Shown: positions 40,419 to 53,639 of the stretch, in pieces
How the letters are laid out: every line of letters starts with the position of its first letter
Numbering within the stretch: position 1 is the stretch's first letter
Assembly: GCF_006345805.1 (NCBI RefSeq)
Contig: NC_042997.1
Coordinates: forward strand, 183,520,001-183,584,000
DNA length: 64,000 nt
Direction of reading: 5' to 3'
Origin: Octopus sinensis
Taxonomy: Eukaryota
Made by a program: the position numbers and the translations under genes
The notes under the pieces: model-generated
What the model was told of the DNA's origin: nothing
What the model saw: only the letters and a program-made list of their open reading frames with translations
The model's database searches: none

Positions 40419-40789
40419 TAAAAAAATAGGATCCGTCAGTTAGAGAAAACTTTGAAACAGGATCAATTACTATTGATTCTAAGAATTAAATGGAAATGTC
40501 TTTAAATGTTTTCATTAATCCTTCATCTGTAAAATTAAATTCCATGGTTATTCCAGTAATCGTGATAAATATCTACCAAAAATTAGAATTGGTATTTTCT
40601 GCAATCATGTTGCCTCAATTAACTTGACACATCTTATTAGATAATTGTTTCAATCAAAAAAAAGATAGTGCATAAAGCTGCTTTCCACAATTAAGGATGA
40701 TATAATTTTGAGTGGATATATCTGCTTCCCATGGGGGAAGGGTTAATCTTTGTTTCAAATTACCACCACAAACATATACTCTCTATACT

Positions 40790-41014
40790 CTCTTTTACTT
40801 GTTTCAGTAATTTGACTGTGGCCATGCTGGAGCACCACCTTTATTCGAGCAAATAGACCCCAGGGCTAATTCTTTGTAAGCCTAGTACTTATTCTATCAG
40901 TCTCTTTTGTTGCACTGCTAATTTACGGGGACATAAACACACCAGCATCAGTTGTCAAGCAATGTTGGGAGGACAAACACAGACACACAAATACATACAC
41001 ACACACATACATAT

Positions 41015-41064
<50 letters not shown>

Positions 41065-41250
41065 ATATACACATACATATATATGATGGGCTTCTTTCAT
41101 TTTCCGTCTGCCAAATCCACTCACAAGGCTTTGGTCGGCACGAGGCTATAGTAGAAGACACTTGCCCGAGGTGCCATGCAGTGGGACTGAACCCGGAACC
41201 ATGTGGTTCGTAAGCAAGTTACTTACCACACACCCACTCCTACGCCTATG
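40790..41250 (-). mobile_element. SINE family B, full length
   Basis: Head, core and tail present. Confidence 0.85.
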
Positions 41251-41815
41251 ACAAAGATAAAAAGCAACAGCTGCAGAAATAAATAATATAAGAAAAAACG
41301 TCATTTACCCTTAGATTGTAGTTTTAATTAGTTGCTATTGCAAACATTTGTTAATTAGTTAATTAGCAACTTAATAGTCTTCCTATTAAAGAGTTTACAT
41401 ATGTTTCTAAGTATGTATGTATGTATGTATGGACATACACGGATGTATGCATGTATGTGTGTGTGTGCGTATGTGTGTGTGTGCATGTGTGTATGATGTA
41501 CATATATGTATGTATGTATGTGGGTGAGGGCTGAAAGTTCCCGATTTTAAGAGTATCACAAAAGGCCTGGTTTAAGGCTCAACCTTCTGAGTTCTTTTCC
41601 AGGGCTTAGAAAATCTGAAGGACCTGTGCAAGGAGTGTGTGAATCTGAGAAGGGAATATGTTGAATAAAATCATAATTAACTGATCCTCCTGTATTTTCT
41701 TGTGCCCAAAGCCAGGAACTTGTCAGCATACACACATATATATGTGTGTATATCTATCTATTTGTCTGTCTGTCTGTCTATCTATCTATCCATGCATATA
41801 TATATATGTATGTGT

Positions 41816-42350
41816 GTGTTGGGCCTCATGGAGGCAAAGTGGCCAAATTCCTCTCAAGTGTTGGGCTTGACAGAGACAAAGTTACTGAGTTCTTCTCAAA
41901 TGTTGGGCCTCATTGAGGCAAAGTGACTGAGTTCCGCTTGAGTGTTAGACCTCACAGAGGCAAGGTGGTTGAGTTCCTTCTGAGTGTTAGGCCTCACAGA
42001 GGCAATAACCAAGACCTTTGGCATTATGTCGTGCTTGAGAAGAAGACCCATCAAGCTGAGCAAAATTACAGTTGTGGCAGATACCAGTGTCACGCAAATT
42101 GGCACCTGTGCTGGTCACACATAAATGCACCCTGGTGTCACAGAAATGACACCTGTGCCGGTGGAACTTAAAAGCACCCATTACGTCTCAGAGTAGTTGG
42201 CATTAGGAAGGGCATCCAACCATAGAAAACCATGCCAAATCAGACTGGAGTCTGGTGCATCCATCAAGTGTGCCACCCCAGTCAAACCGTCAAATCCATG
42301 CCAGCATGGACAACATATGTTAAATGATGATTATGATGACGATGATGATA
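41816..42350 (+). mobile_element. RTE 3' fragment headed by a 42-bp x4.5 tandem array (41816-42005)
   Basis: Unit GTGTTGGGCCTCA..GAGGCAAAGTG..TGAGTTC..CT.(A/G)A runs into GACCTTTGGCATTATGTCGTGCTTGAGAAG of the RTE C-terminus. Confidence 0.8.
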
Positions 42351-42714
42351 TATGTATGTACATACATACATACATACATACATACATAAAGATAAATTTC
42401 CACATTAGGTTTTTCTAACCAGCAGAGTTGAAAGGGTCAAAATTTAGATTATTTTTGGGAATACTAACACCACATGTATGAAAAATTTTGATTGGACTTG
42501 TACTTAGTTCAGATGGAATCTGAAATGCAGTTAAATGTGCCCTGATGAAGCAGCATCAGTAATTAACACCAAAATGGACATCAAGATGCAAAATATGCAG
42601 TGTGCACTGACTTGCAGCAGAAACATATAAAGTACTGAAATGGAAATATGTGATTAACTGCATAATAAAACCTGGATATATAAATCTTTGTTTTCCTTAA
42701 TTATATATATAGGC

Positions 42715-43118
42715 ACAGGAGTGGCTGTGTGGTAAGTAGCTTGCTTACCAACCACATGGTTCCGGGTTCATTCCCAATTCATGGCACCTTGGGCAAGTAT
42801 CTTCTGCTATAGCCTCAGGCCAACCAAAGCCTTGTGAGTGGATTTGGTAGACGGAAACTGAAAGAAGCCCGTCGTATATGTGTATATATATATGTATGTG
42901 TGTGTATATGTTTGTGTGTTTGTGTTTGTTCCCCCAACGTCGCTCAACAGATGATGGTGGTATGTTTACGTCCCTGTAACTTAGTGGTTCAGCAAGAGAG
43001 ACCAATAGAATAAGTACTAGGCTTACAAAGAATACGTCCTGGGGTTGATTTGATCGACTAAAGGCGGTGCTCCAGCATGGCCACAGTCAAATTAGTGAAA
43101 CAAGTAAAAGAGAAAGAG
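42715..43118 (+). mobile_element. SINE family B, full length
   Basis: Head, core and tail present. Confidence 0.85.
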
Positions 43119-43122
43119 TATA

Positions 43123-44831
43123 CTAGTTTGAGGAAAAAGTTTGTGTGCCGTGTTAAAATAATGATTTTTTTATGTAAGAATTTATTCAAAGACAACAACT
43201 ATTCTTCAAAATAAACACCATCATTTTCTACGACCTTCCACCAATGATCTGTGTATGCTTGTCTCCCACAAAATGACTGGTGAGGGGCTATCTGTAGTGT
43301 ACACTTGAGTGAACTTCCTCTCCTCTCTATTATACATATACATACATACGGATGTAGTAGATAACAGCTAGTCTTTGGCCGCACTTTTGGACCCTGTTGC
43401 ATCTACTGCTCTGATTGGTTGGTATTGGCACAATTTGTCTCTTGATCTATCACGCACCAATATGCAACCCAACCCATCGCAGACTTCAAGTAAGGTCATG
43501 TGTGACAGCCTGTTTTATATCCAACTTTGAGCCTACAACTCCTTATAAGAACTCCAGCTTCACATTGTCTTGAGGTCTTTGGTTCCAGATCTTTTAAGGT
43601 CTAGTCACTGACCACACAAGACACAGCCAGTTCCAGCGACAACGCCAGACGTCCGGGTTCATCGCAGCACTGTTCGTGAATTACTTCACCCTGGATCAAC
43701 AGCAAATATACAACCTGTGAGCCAGACAACAACACCCCTCCAACAGCATTACGGCAATCTTTTTTTTTCATCACTACCATCATCTTCTTAACGTTGTCAA
43801 CAACACCATCTCTACATACATAGCTCAAGCAACACTGCACAGGTTCTAACATAACAATATTCGTGAATTACTTCACCATGGTTAACAGCAAAATACAACC
43901 TGTGAGAACTCTTGTACTAAGTGACCCAGGCAGCAGCATCACAGTCACAATTTCACATACAACGTGTACCTCAACTGGCTCTGCATCGCACCCACAACTT
44001 CATGTATGATTTATACCTCAACCAGCTCTGCATCATCGCCACAACTTCTTGATACAGCATTTCAACTATCATGTACAATTGACTACGAACTTATCATTCT
44101 TGTGTCTATGAACATTCTTCTAACTTCACATTATAGACTCATTCAATGCTCTGTACTTAACGCACACACATACATCCATGTCTATACACACACATTTTGC
44201 TCTCATAATGGTCTGTCTATTATTCTGTATACATGACGCACATACTGTCACAGATGTTAACATATCAATAAAGCTTCTCTTAAACATTCTACCTGGTTGT
44301 GTCTCTCTTTTCCCTCTGGCTCATATACGCATTATTCTTTTATATTTATTGTATCGACCGTGTGATGTACTAACGAGCCATTCTCGTCACTTCACTTTGC
44401 ACGGTCATTATGGTCGTTACAGATCTGCAAGCTTTCGGATTTGGTCAAAGTACCAATCCTTTGATTTTGAATCGAAAAATTCTTCACAGGCTTCTTCAAC
44501 TTCATTGAATGACTCAAATTGGTGACCTTTCATAAAGTACTGCATTGATCAGAAGAGACCATAGTCAGATGGAGCAACATCTGGACTATAGGCTGGATGC
44601 AGCAAAACTTCCACACCACCCAATTCTTCAATCTTGTTACTGGTCTTTCTGGTAGTATGCAGCTTTGCATTGTCTGGTTGAAACAAAGCACGTTTTTGAC
44701 GTTTTTGACGAACACAGTGAGTCACCACTGAACATGTCATGAATTGAATGAGCACACACACACACACACCACAAAAATATATTAAAAAAGCATTATTTTA
44801 ACATGGCACACAAACTTTTTCTTCAACCTAA
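43123..44831 (-). mobile_element. Internally deleted mariner element carrying a solo LTR
   Basis: TIRs CTAGTTTGAGGAAAAAGTTTGTGTGCC / GGCACACAAACTTTTTCTTCAACCTAA with TA flanks; ORF FQPDNAKLH..HPAYSPDVAPSDYGLF..KLAD|HWWKVVENDGVYFEE* split at 43252-44421. Confidence 0.9.
43252..44421 (+). mobile_element. Solo LTR (1170 bp)
   Basis: TGTA...TACA termini; GATCTG duplicated at 43246-51 and 44422-27 (a 4-bp GATC reading is also possible); AATAAA at 44267. Confidence 0.8.
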
Positions 44832-45104
44832 TATATAAATATATAGTTCATATTTACAGAAAACAAAAGGTGAAGGAACAACAAGCAGGTGTATTAGTTT
44901 AACACTTGGGAAGAATGGAAAAGTCTTTGATGATTTGAGCCAATGCTCTTCGACAGAAAGCATTGAGAGATAAAAAAAGATGGAGAGAAAAAAATTGTGT
45001 AGGGATTAATGGTTCAACATGATGAAAATATATATATATATAGATTTTTTTCTTGTTTCAGCTCAGAGCTGCGGCCATGCTGATGCACCGCCGTCTATAT
45101 ATAT

Positions 45105-45290
45105 ATATCATCATCATTATCATCATCATTATCATTTAACATCCGTTTTCCGCGCTAGCACGGGTTGGACGGTTCGACCAGGGTCTGGGAAGCCAGGGGC
45201 TGCACCAGGCTCCAGTCTGATCTGACAGTGTTTCTACAGCTGGATGCCCTTCCTAACGCCAACCACTCCGTGAGTGTAGTGGGTGCTACA
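45105..45290 (-). mobile_element. RTE LINE 3'-end fragment
   Basis: Family 3' UTR. Confidence 0.8.
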
Positions 45291-45839
45291 CACACACGCA
45301 TACATATATATATATATATGTATCTATGTGTGTGTGTGTGTGCGTAGCATGGAAGGCAGATGTTAAACAATAATGATGATGATGATATATCTTTGTATGT
45401 ATGCATGTATGTATGTATGTATGTATATATGTATGTATGTATGTATGTATACTTTTTCATATAAATATGGGTTAATAAGATATCTTTACAAATTCACATG
45501 TTTACATATAAATTACTGTAGCAAATTATTTTATAGCTTGCCCTTAGTACTAATAACTGACTCATCTATTAACCATTAATGGTGCATATTTTTAGTTCAG
45601 TTAATTCAGTAATGTACACTGCTTAAAATAATGGGCCATTTTTGCCAGTGTATGCACTTTCTCATAAGAAAAATCCCTGCTTTTTCATGAGAAAGAAGTA
45701 TATTTTGTGGAAAAACAAATTTAATATGTTTGATCATAAAATCATGCACTTGGTATTCCATCTATTATAGAATCACATTAGATGCATGGCAATGGTTTGT
45801 TACATTAAAAAAAAAACAGTGCATCTCATACACTCCTAG

Positions 45840-46172
45840 GCGTAGGAGTGGCTGTGTGGTAAGTAGCTTGCTTACCGACCACATGGTTCAGGGTTCAACC
45901 CCACTGTGTGGCACCTTGGGCAAGTGTCTTCTACTGTAGCCTCGGGCTGACCAAAGCCTTGTGAGTGGATTTAGTAGATGGAAACTGAAAGAAGCACGTC
46001 GTATATATGTATATATATGTATGTGTGTGTTTGTCCTCCCAACATCGCTTGACAACCGATAGAATAAGTACTAGGCTTACAAAGAATAAGTCCTGGGGTT
46101 GGTTTGCTCGACTAAAGGTGGTGCTCCAGCATGACCACAGTCAAATGACTGAAACAATTAAAAGAGTAAAAG
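45840..46172 (+). mobile_element. SINE family B
   Basis: Head, core and tail with internal deletion. Confidence 0.85.
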
Positions 46173-46184
46173 AGTGTTCGCATA

Positions 46185-47296
46185 TGAGGTAGTATCAAAA
46201 GGTCCTGGACTTGTTATGTCTAATAAGGAATAACTTATTTACCTAAGTTTTAGCATCATCTCTTTCGAAATAGTCGCCTTGTGCAGCAAACACCAATCCT
46301 AGCATTCCTGGCATTTTTGGAATCTAGCCTGGAGTAATTTTCTGGGAAGACTAGAAAAGTCTTTGATGTTTTGAACCAATGCAAAGTGAATTGAGGCTTC
46401 TCGACAACAGTGATAAAACAGAGACCTTTGAGTTGCATTTTCCTCTTGGAGAAGAGATGGAAGTCTGCAGGTGCTAAATCTGGTGAATAGGGTGAGTGTG
46501 GAAGTGTTACCTTGTTTTTGGCGAGAAGCTCATGAGTGAGGACAACTTGGTGAAGAATCCAATTCTTTGTGCTCCAAATATGTGGTCACTTTTACTGCAT
46601 GTCCTCCCTCAAAAGTATCAAAACATCACAGTAGAACTCTTGATTAATGGTCTGGCCCTGGGGGATGAATTCTCAATGCATAATACCACATTTCTCGTGT
46701 TGACACTTGTGGTAGGTCTTTCATATCACTCATCATCTTCCAGGAATGTTCTTCTGCTTCTGAAGTGCCCATGGCACTTGAAATATTGTGTAAAACCTAT
46801 TGCCTCATCACTGTAAGCTTGCCAAAGCATGCTTAACCCTTTCATTACTGAATTTATTTTGAGATGCTCTGTGTTTTTTTCAATTATTTTAAATATAACA
46901 AAGAATTTAGTAAAATAACTTAGTTTACAATAAATTAATGTTAGGAACATAAATTGTGACTAAGGTTTACTGGAAGATTTTAATTCAAAACTTATGAAAA
47001 CAAGTACTACAGAGCCAAAGGCGGTTTCAGCCAGGTTGGTATCAAAAGGGTTAATATCTCAGTAACAGACCCCACTAGTTTAACACAAAATTGCACATTG
47101 GTTCTTTGTTCTGGTCCATGAGAAAATTGCAGGCTACAGTATACATGTGATCACAAAAACACAAATTCACAACTTGCAAAGTAAGCACACTGTCTCATGA
47201 AGGTCACTGTTTGCTCTCACTGTGCACACAGTCATGTGTTGCCATCGGTTGGCACACAACAGAACTAGTCCAGGAACTTTTTGATACCATCCTGTG
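46185..47296 (-). mobile_element. Degenerate mariner element interrupted by a piggyBac-type MITE
   Basis: TIR-like GTATCAAAAGGTCC / GGAACTTTTTGATAC; remnants TEILSMLWQAYSDEA..LEDDE and PYSPDLAPADFHLF. Confidence 0.75.
46837..47050 (-). mobile_element. piggyBac-type MITE with TTAA TSD
   Basis: TTAA-CCCTTT...AAAGGG-TTAA; homologous to 61702-61921. Confidence 0.85.
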
Positions 47297-48194
47297 TATA
47301 GTAAACCTAAGACTCTTTGGTTGTTACTCCAACATTTGAGCCTCACACAAACAACAATTATGTTAAACCAGTTTAGGTCTATAATCACTTACTTGTCAAA
47401 GTGATTGTATTCTATCAAGTTATTCATTAATTCAGTAAGATTCAATTACCTTGTTAATAATAGTTATCAGCTTTGGCCTTGTGCCAAAATCTGAAACCAA
47501 TCATAGCCATCAACTCAGTAACTATTGTTTGTATTGCAGAAATTGCATTCACCTGCTGAGCCTATGCAGTTTATTTATGCATGGCTGGGTACAGACATGC
47601 CCAGGTGCAGGCATGGCTGAATGGTTAAGAAGTTTGCTTTCCAGCCATATAGCTTCAGGTTCTGGCCTACTGTGTGGTACCTTAGATAAGAGTTTTCTAC
47701 TGTAGCCCTGGGCCAAGCAAAGGTTTGTGAGTGGATTTGGTGGATAGAAGCTAAAATAAGCCCATCATGTGTGTGTGTGTGTGTGCGTGTGCATGCATGT
47801 GCATGTGCATGCATGCATGTGTGTGTCTGTGTGTGTGTCTGTGCTTGTGTCTCTGTGTGTGTGTGTGCCTGTCTGTGTGTGTGTGCATGTGTGTGTGTGT
47901 GCCTGTGTCTGTGTGTGTGTGTATGCACACACACACATGCATGTGTCTGTGAGTGATTTTGCATCTCTCTCATCTATATGTATGTTATATTCACTGGTTT
48001 GTAAACAACTGCTTCGTTAATGGTGCTATTTGCTTGTAGTCCTCTATGAAAGCACGTCAGGGCTGTTAACTGGAAGATATTATCTCACTTGGAAGCAAGT
48101 GGGGATTTATGACAGGAAGAGCATGCATCCCGCTGTACGAAAATCTCCACTCAATCGTGCTCTCATCTGATCCATATAAGCATGGAAACGTTGC

Positions 48195-48484
48195 CCTTTA
48201 CAAGCCTAGCCAGGCTCATGGGCCCGCTTTCCCGGTTTCTGTGGCATATGTGTTTTCCCCAGCTGGCCGGGGGGGGGGGGAAACATCACAGCATTACTCA
48301 AGAATCAGGAAGAGAGAGAGTGAGAGAAAGTTGTGGTGAAAGAGTACAACACGGATTGCCAGAGCCTTGTGGAGCTTTTAGGTGTTTTCGCTCAATAAAC
48401 ACACACAACGCCCGGTCTGGGAATCGAAACCGCGATCCTCTGACTGCGAGTCTGCTGTCCTAACCACTGGGTCATTGCGCCTTC
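48195..48484 (-). mobile_element. SINE family C-like copy
   Basis: tRNA-like head GCGCAATGACCCAGTGGTTAGG..GTTTCGATTCCC. Confidence 0.7.
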
Positions 48485-48777
48485 AAGCATGGAAAAGTAG
48501 ATGTTAAAATGATGATGATGATAATGATGACGGCAATGACAAATTCAATGATGACAATGACGACAAAGATGAAGATGATGATAGTCATTGGGTAAGAACA
48601 ACAAAAATCTACATGGTAAATTCATGTCACCTAGTAGATAAAACCAATTAGTGAAGTCAATGAATTCAATAAACAGACAACCCAATGGTTGAGGTGGGTT
48701 TAATTAAGGTTTGGTTTCTTATTTTAAAAGTTGGGAATTGTATTCTAAATAAAGAACTAAACTCCAGGTTTACTTAC

Positions 48778-48826
48778 CTAAGACATTACAGTTACAGAAT
48801 AAAAAGCACAATTCACTGTTGGAGTT
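48778..48826 (-). CDS. Candidate 49-nt internal exon of an unidentified gene
   Basis: Acceptor TTTTTTTTTCAG and donor AG|GTAAGT in non-repeat sequence; one frame open (NSNSELCFLFCNCNVL); may be non-coding. Confidence 0.35.
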
Positions 48827-49154
48827 CTGAAAAAAAAAGCCCCTAAAATTAGATATTACTAATAACTTTATAGTCTGTATATTATTACTAAGACTTGATT
48901 AGTTCCTCCCACAAAATAGTGAATATACCAGCTTATGTACAAATGTCAACTGACCATCATTAAAATACTTGAATAAAGTCAGGAAGTAGGCCATATATAT
49001 TAAGTTTCTATTTTCTCAGCTACCACACAGTCTGAAACAGAGAAATTAGTTTGTGTGCATTTGATATTAGTTTTATACTAAGTTCCACAATCTCTGACCA
49101 TCGCTCATGATAACCATGTTTTTATAATATTGTCTTAAGATTGTATCCTTCTCC

Positions 49155-49362
49155 TCATCATCATCGTTTAACGTCCGCTTTCCATGCTAGCATGGGTTAG
49201 ACGATTTGACTGAGGACTGGCAAACCAGGTGGCTGCACTAGGCTCCAATCTTGATCTGGCAGAGTTTCTACAGCTGGATGCCCTTCTTAACGCCAACCAC
49301 TCCGAGAGTGTAGTGGGTACTTTTACATGCCACCGGCATGAGGGCCAGTCAGGCGGTACTAA
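49155..49362 (-). mobile_element. RTE LINE 3'-end fragment
   Basis: Family 3' UTR. Confidence 0.8.
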
Positions 49363-49659
49363 TGGAGAGAATTTCTACTTAGGTAAAGAAACTATTTTTA
49401 GTCTGAATAGCTAATGACATCATACAATGCAAAGGGGTACCTTGCTATCCTAACTCTGTGTCTCACCCTAAAAGAAAATTCTCAACAGCTACTTTTCTCA
49501 GTTCTTCCTTTTTAGAACTATAAACCTTTCATTACTTACTCCAGCAGTGTTATCTGATATATCCCTTGTTGATATATGCAGGGGCTCTAATTTATATGCA
49601 TAGTAAATTGAAAAGGTGCATGTTATATTTGTAGCTTGCATTATAGATATTGTTTATTA

Positions 49660-50250
49660 AGGTGGTGAACTACCTGGGTTGTTAGTATGCTGGGTAAAAT
49701 GCTTAGCAGTATTTTCTCTGTCTTTATATGGGGTTGATTAAATATGTACCAGTTACGCACTGGGTTGATATAATCGACTTAATCCATTTGTCTGTCCTTG
49801 TTTGTCCTCTCTGTGTTTAGCCCCTTGTGGGTAGTAAAGAAATAAGTATTTTGTCTGTCTTTATATCCTGAGTTCAAATTCTGCTGAGGTTGACTTTGCC
49901 TTTCATTCTTTCAGGGTCAATAAAATAAGTACTTGTCAAGTACTAGGGTTGATGTTATCAACTATTCCCCCACCTTCCTGCAAATTTCAGGCCTTGTGCC
50001 TGTAACAGAAAGAATTATAGATATTATTTATTGAAAGTGGTGAGCTGGCAGAATCATTAGCACACCAGACAGCATGCCTTGCGGCATTTCTTCCAGTATA
50101 CAGTTCTGAGTTCAAAATCTGCCAAAGTCAACTTTGTCTTTCATACTTTCAAGGTTGATAAAACAAATACCAATTGAGCACTGGGGTCAATGTAATCTAC
50201 CAATCCTTCCCCACAAATTTTCAGGCTTTATACCAATAGTAGAATGGATT
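49660..50250 (+). mobile_element. Two family A SINEs in tandem; the first has the multimer junction
   Basis: GTAGTAAAGAAAT|AAGTATTTTGTCTG junction at about 49840; second head at about 50037. Confidence 0.75.
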
Positions 50251-50699
50251 ATAGAAATTGTAAATTGCTATTGTTTAACCCAAGATCAGTGCTCATTGAG
50301 TAACCTATGATCAAGAGTGTTCCATCTAAGGCCATCCTGCCTTTTCAAGTGTAGCTCAGAATACATTTTTTAATGTATACCAGTTCAATATAGTAGACTA
50401 TAATTTGAGGGAGATTTGGCTGCTATTTCTAGCAGGTAGAGTGAATGCATGGAGGCTGCCTCAATAGCTCATTGATATTGCTTGTAATGTATGTTTCCAC
50501 TTGATATCTCCTGTAAATTGTAATCTGAGAAAAATTAACTTTTGTCATTTGATTAGTACAACCAGCCACCACTTGGGAATGAATTGTGGTTTGGTAACAT
50601 ATACTATATGTTCAGTAATTGTTTTAAGTGCCTATATAGTTGTGAGCAAATACAGGTGCCCTCTTGGGTCCTTCAACTTTGACTCAATGGATCCTTCAG

Positions 50700-50890
50700 G
50701 ATGTAACAATGGAAGGAGAGAGGGCTACACAAGTATCCACCAGGTACTCATCACACTTGAGAGGACTGAAGCAACATAATATGAAGTGCTTTACTCAAGG
50801 GCATAAAGAGTTGCCTTGTCCAAGAATTGAACCCACTACCTTATGAGCATGAGTGGAACACCCCAACCTCTAGGCTATGTGCCCTTTCTG
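50700..50890 (-). mobile_element. SINE family C, degenerate
   Basis: Diverged match to 24580-24840. Confidence 0.6.
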
Positions 50891-51074
50891 TCATATGATT
50901 TTAATCAGTTTTACTCTTGTAGCAGGGATATTTCATTCATGCTTTTCAGCTATCAGCCTTGTCTTCAATGCTGTCACTTCATCATATTACAATAATTATT
51001 CTAATCATTATTTCTTAATTTTACATTTGTTGCTTCATCATAGTGTAAATTAGTTAAATTTTCCAACGATATAT

Positions 51075-51348
51075 TCTTTTCACGCTAAGAGTTGCTGAAG
51101 TATGGAACAAACTGCCGGCATCAGTTGTTAGTTGTTGGAGCACTGCATCCTTCAAAACTTCCATGCTTCCTGAGATTCGCCAACACTACACCTGATTTTC
51201 TCCCCTCCATACACATGAAGGCTTGTATCTGATTCATACACTGTTCACTTTCCAGACATTTGTACATTACTGCATATGCTCTATATGCACTTTTGACAAG
51301 TTGTGGTGCACCCAAGCACTGTATACAATAATTTCATTATTATTATAT
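51075..51348 (+). mobile_element. CR1-like LINE 3' end
   Basis: Near-identical to 16505-16778. Confidence 0.85.
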
Positions 51349-52209
51349 AAAATTATGAAATGAACACTAATATGCTAAAATCCTTTCTTTCTAATGTTCT
51401 ATGAACTGTAATTTTCTCAACTGGAACTTTATGATTATCATTAATAAAAAGTTTTTTAATGCTTTTAAAAATTATACTCATGTCAGGAAAAAAGAATGAA
51501 ACTAAAACTTACATAATTCCAAATAAATTCAGATTACTCATAGATAAAATATGCTACTTATATAAATATTAATTGATGTAATTGACTTAAATAAATATGA
51601 CAACTTATCATGTGATAATGATTGCATGATAGAATTTCTGAAATGGATATTCTTATTTTACTGCTTAAAATAAACAATGGTTTTGATTGTATCCAATCTG
51701 ACCCCGACAGCTGATGAATATTTAAGTAAGTATTTACTGTATTTAATACTATTAATAAATATACTTGAAAATGTGTGTGTGTGTGCATGAGATCACATGT
51801 ACGCGTGTGTACATGTGTGTGTTTGTGTGAATTTGTGTGAGTGCTTATGATGTGAAACTCAAGTCATTCTTTCCTTCAGGAAGTATTGAATATTTTATTT
51901 CCTCTTCTTCTTCCTTATAATCATGATCATCTTCATCATCTTGATTACCAACACAATTTGGCTCCTACTTTATTCCTTCCACTCCTTGTCTATTGTCTCA
52001 CTCATTCCCGTATTTAACCTCCTTAAACCACTGTTAATATCTGTCTGATCATCAAATTGAGAATTATGAGCAATTTCCTTAAATTTTCTAAGTAATTGAG
52101 CTAGAAACACAAACCACCCAGTAAAAATAACTGATATTAGAAAAAGAACAGAAATGGTAATTTATTAACCCTATTACTGTGGATATCAGATATATACACT
52201 TAACATTTT

Positions 52210-52848
52210 TGTTACGACCTGGTGGCCATAACCCAAATTTACAGAATCAGCGAGGATAGGGTGAACCCAAAACAACAACACGCCATGAAATTTTTTGTAA
52301 AATATTAACAATTGTCAGCATAAAAAAACAGCCTACATACAAAAACAAATATATACACAAACAAAAAAGCCAATGCCACACAAGACGTGCAGTCAAAATA
52401 TTTAAAAAGGTAACATATATATATACAGTTCAGAAATTGGGACTCAGAATCCCAGCTTCACCAACTTGATTTCACAAACTTGGATCTGTAACTCTGGATT
52501 CACAAATTTTGGTTTCACCAAAATTGGCCTCACAAATTTGGTTTTCAAAAAATACGGATTCTGAAAATTTGGATTTCATAAAATCTGGATTTCCATTTTA
52601 GTACAAATTTGGTTTTTGAACCTTGGATTTCAAACTGTGGATGTCGAACCTTGGACCCAGATGTGGCACGGAAATTATTTTACAGCTGACAAAAGTTCTG
52701 GCGAATTTCTGGAGCATAAAATAAATCCCAAAATGCCTAACACAAAGCACAAAGTGCATAAACTAAACAGGCAATCATAGCTTCCAGAATCCAATTGAAC
52801 AACTTCGTCTCACAGAAAAAACTGTCACAAAAAGTGGGTGGGGGTACA
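52210..52848 (-). mobile_element. Probable solo LTR (639 bp) with internal ~15-bp minisatellite
   Basis: TGT...ACA termini; flanks ATTTT / ATTAT (5-bp TSD, 1 mismatch); about a dozen AAATTTGGATTTCAC-like units at about 52455-52650. Confidence 0.6.
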
Positions 52849-52854
52849 ATTATA

Positions 52855-53165
52855 AATAATAATAATAATGAAATTATTGTATACAGTGCTCAGGTGCACC
52901 ACAACTTGTCAGAAAGTGCATATAAAGTACATGCAGTAATGTAGAAATGTCTGGAAAGCGAACAATGTATGAGTCAGATACATGCTTGTGTGTGTATAGA
53001 GGGGAGAAAATCAAGTGTAGTGTTGGTGAATCTCAGGAAGCATGGAAGTTTTGAAGGATGCAGTGCTCCGACAACTAACAACTGATGCCGGCAGTTTCTT
53101 CCATGCTTCAGCAACTCTCAGCGTGAAAAAATGTTTCCTGAAGTCATGGGAGCGGTGCTGTTTTC
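52855..53165 (-). mobile_element. CR1-like LINE 3' end
   Basis: Reverse complement of the 16470-16778 family. Confidence 0.85.
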
Positions 53166-53639
53166 TTACTTTCTGCTTATAAAGGTTTGCTGAGGTCCAG
53201 CCAATTTGTTATAGTTTCACAGTTTTGGCTAATAACACCTAGCTTCTCCCATTTTGACAATGGACTTCATCCTGACCTTACAGTGCAGCATGAGAAACTG
53301 GTTACCTGTTTATCTTAACATTATAATTTATAATTTCCTAACATTTTATTTATCTTAACCGCAGAAATCACTTTTATTTACCAATCTGTCTTTTGTTAAA
53401 GAATGTCATGTTTGAAACTATTTTTCTTGAGACAAGTCAAGTTTATTGAGGCAACACGATTTGTAGAAAATACCACTTCTCTTCTTGGGTAGATGTTTAA
53501 TATCATTACTGGAATAACTTGGAAATTTAATATCGCAGTTAAAGGTTTGAGCAGATAAACATGAAACAACGTGGTTATAATGTTATCTAATTTTCACATC
53601 TAGTTAGAGTTATTTCCCTTAGGCTTACGCGCTCTTACC

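Noticed and set aside
41816-42005. CRISPR-like periodicity
   Set aside because: No unique spacers, RTE-derived units, eukaryotic context
51671-51730. Possible plus-strand start exon MVLIVSNLTPTADEYL with GTAAGT donor
   Set aside because: No upstream promoter or downstream partner exon found; consistent with chance
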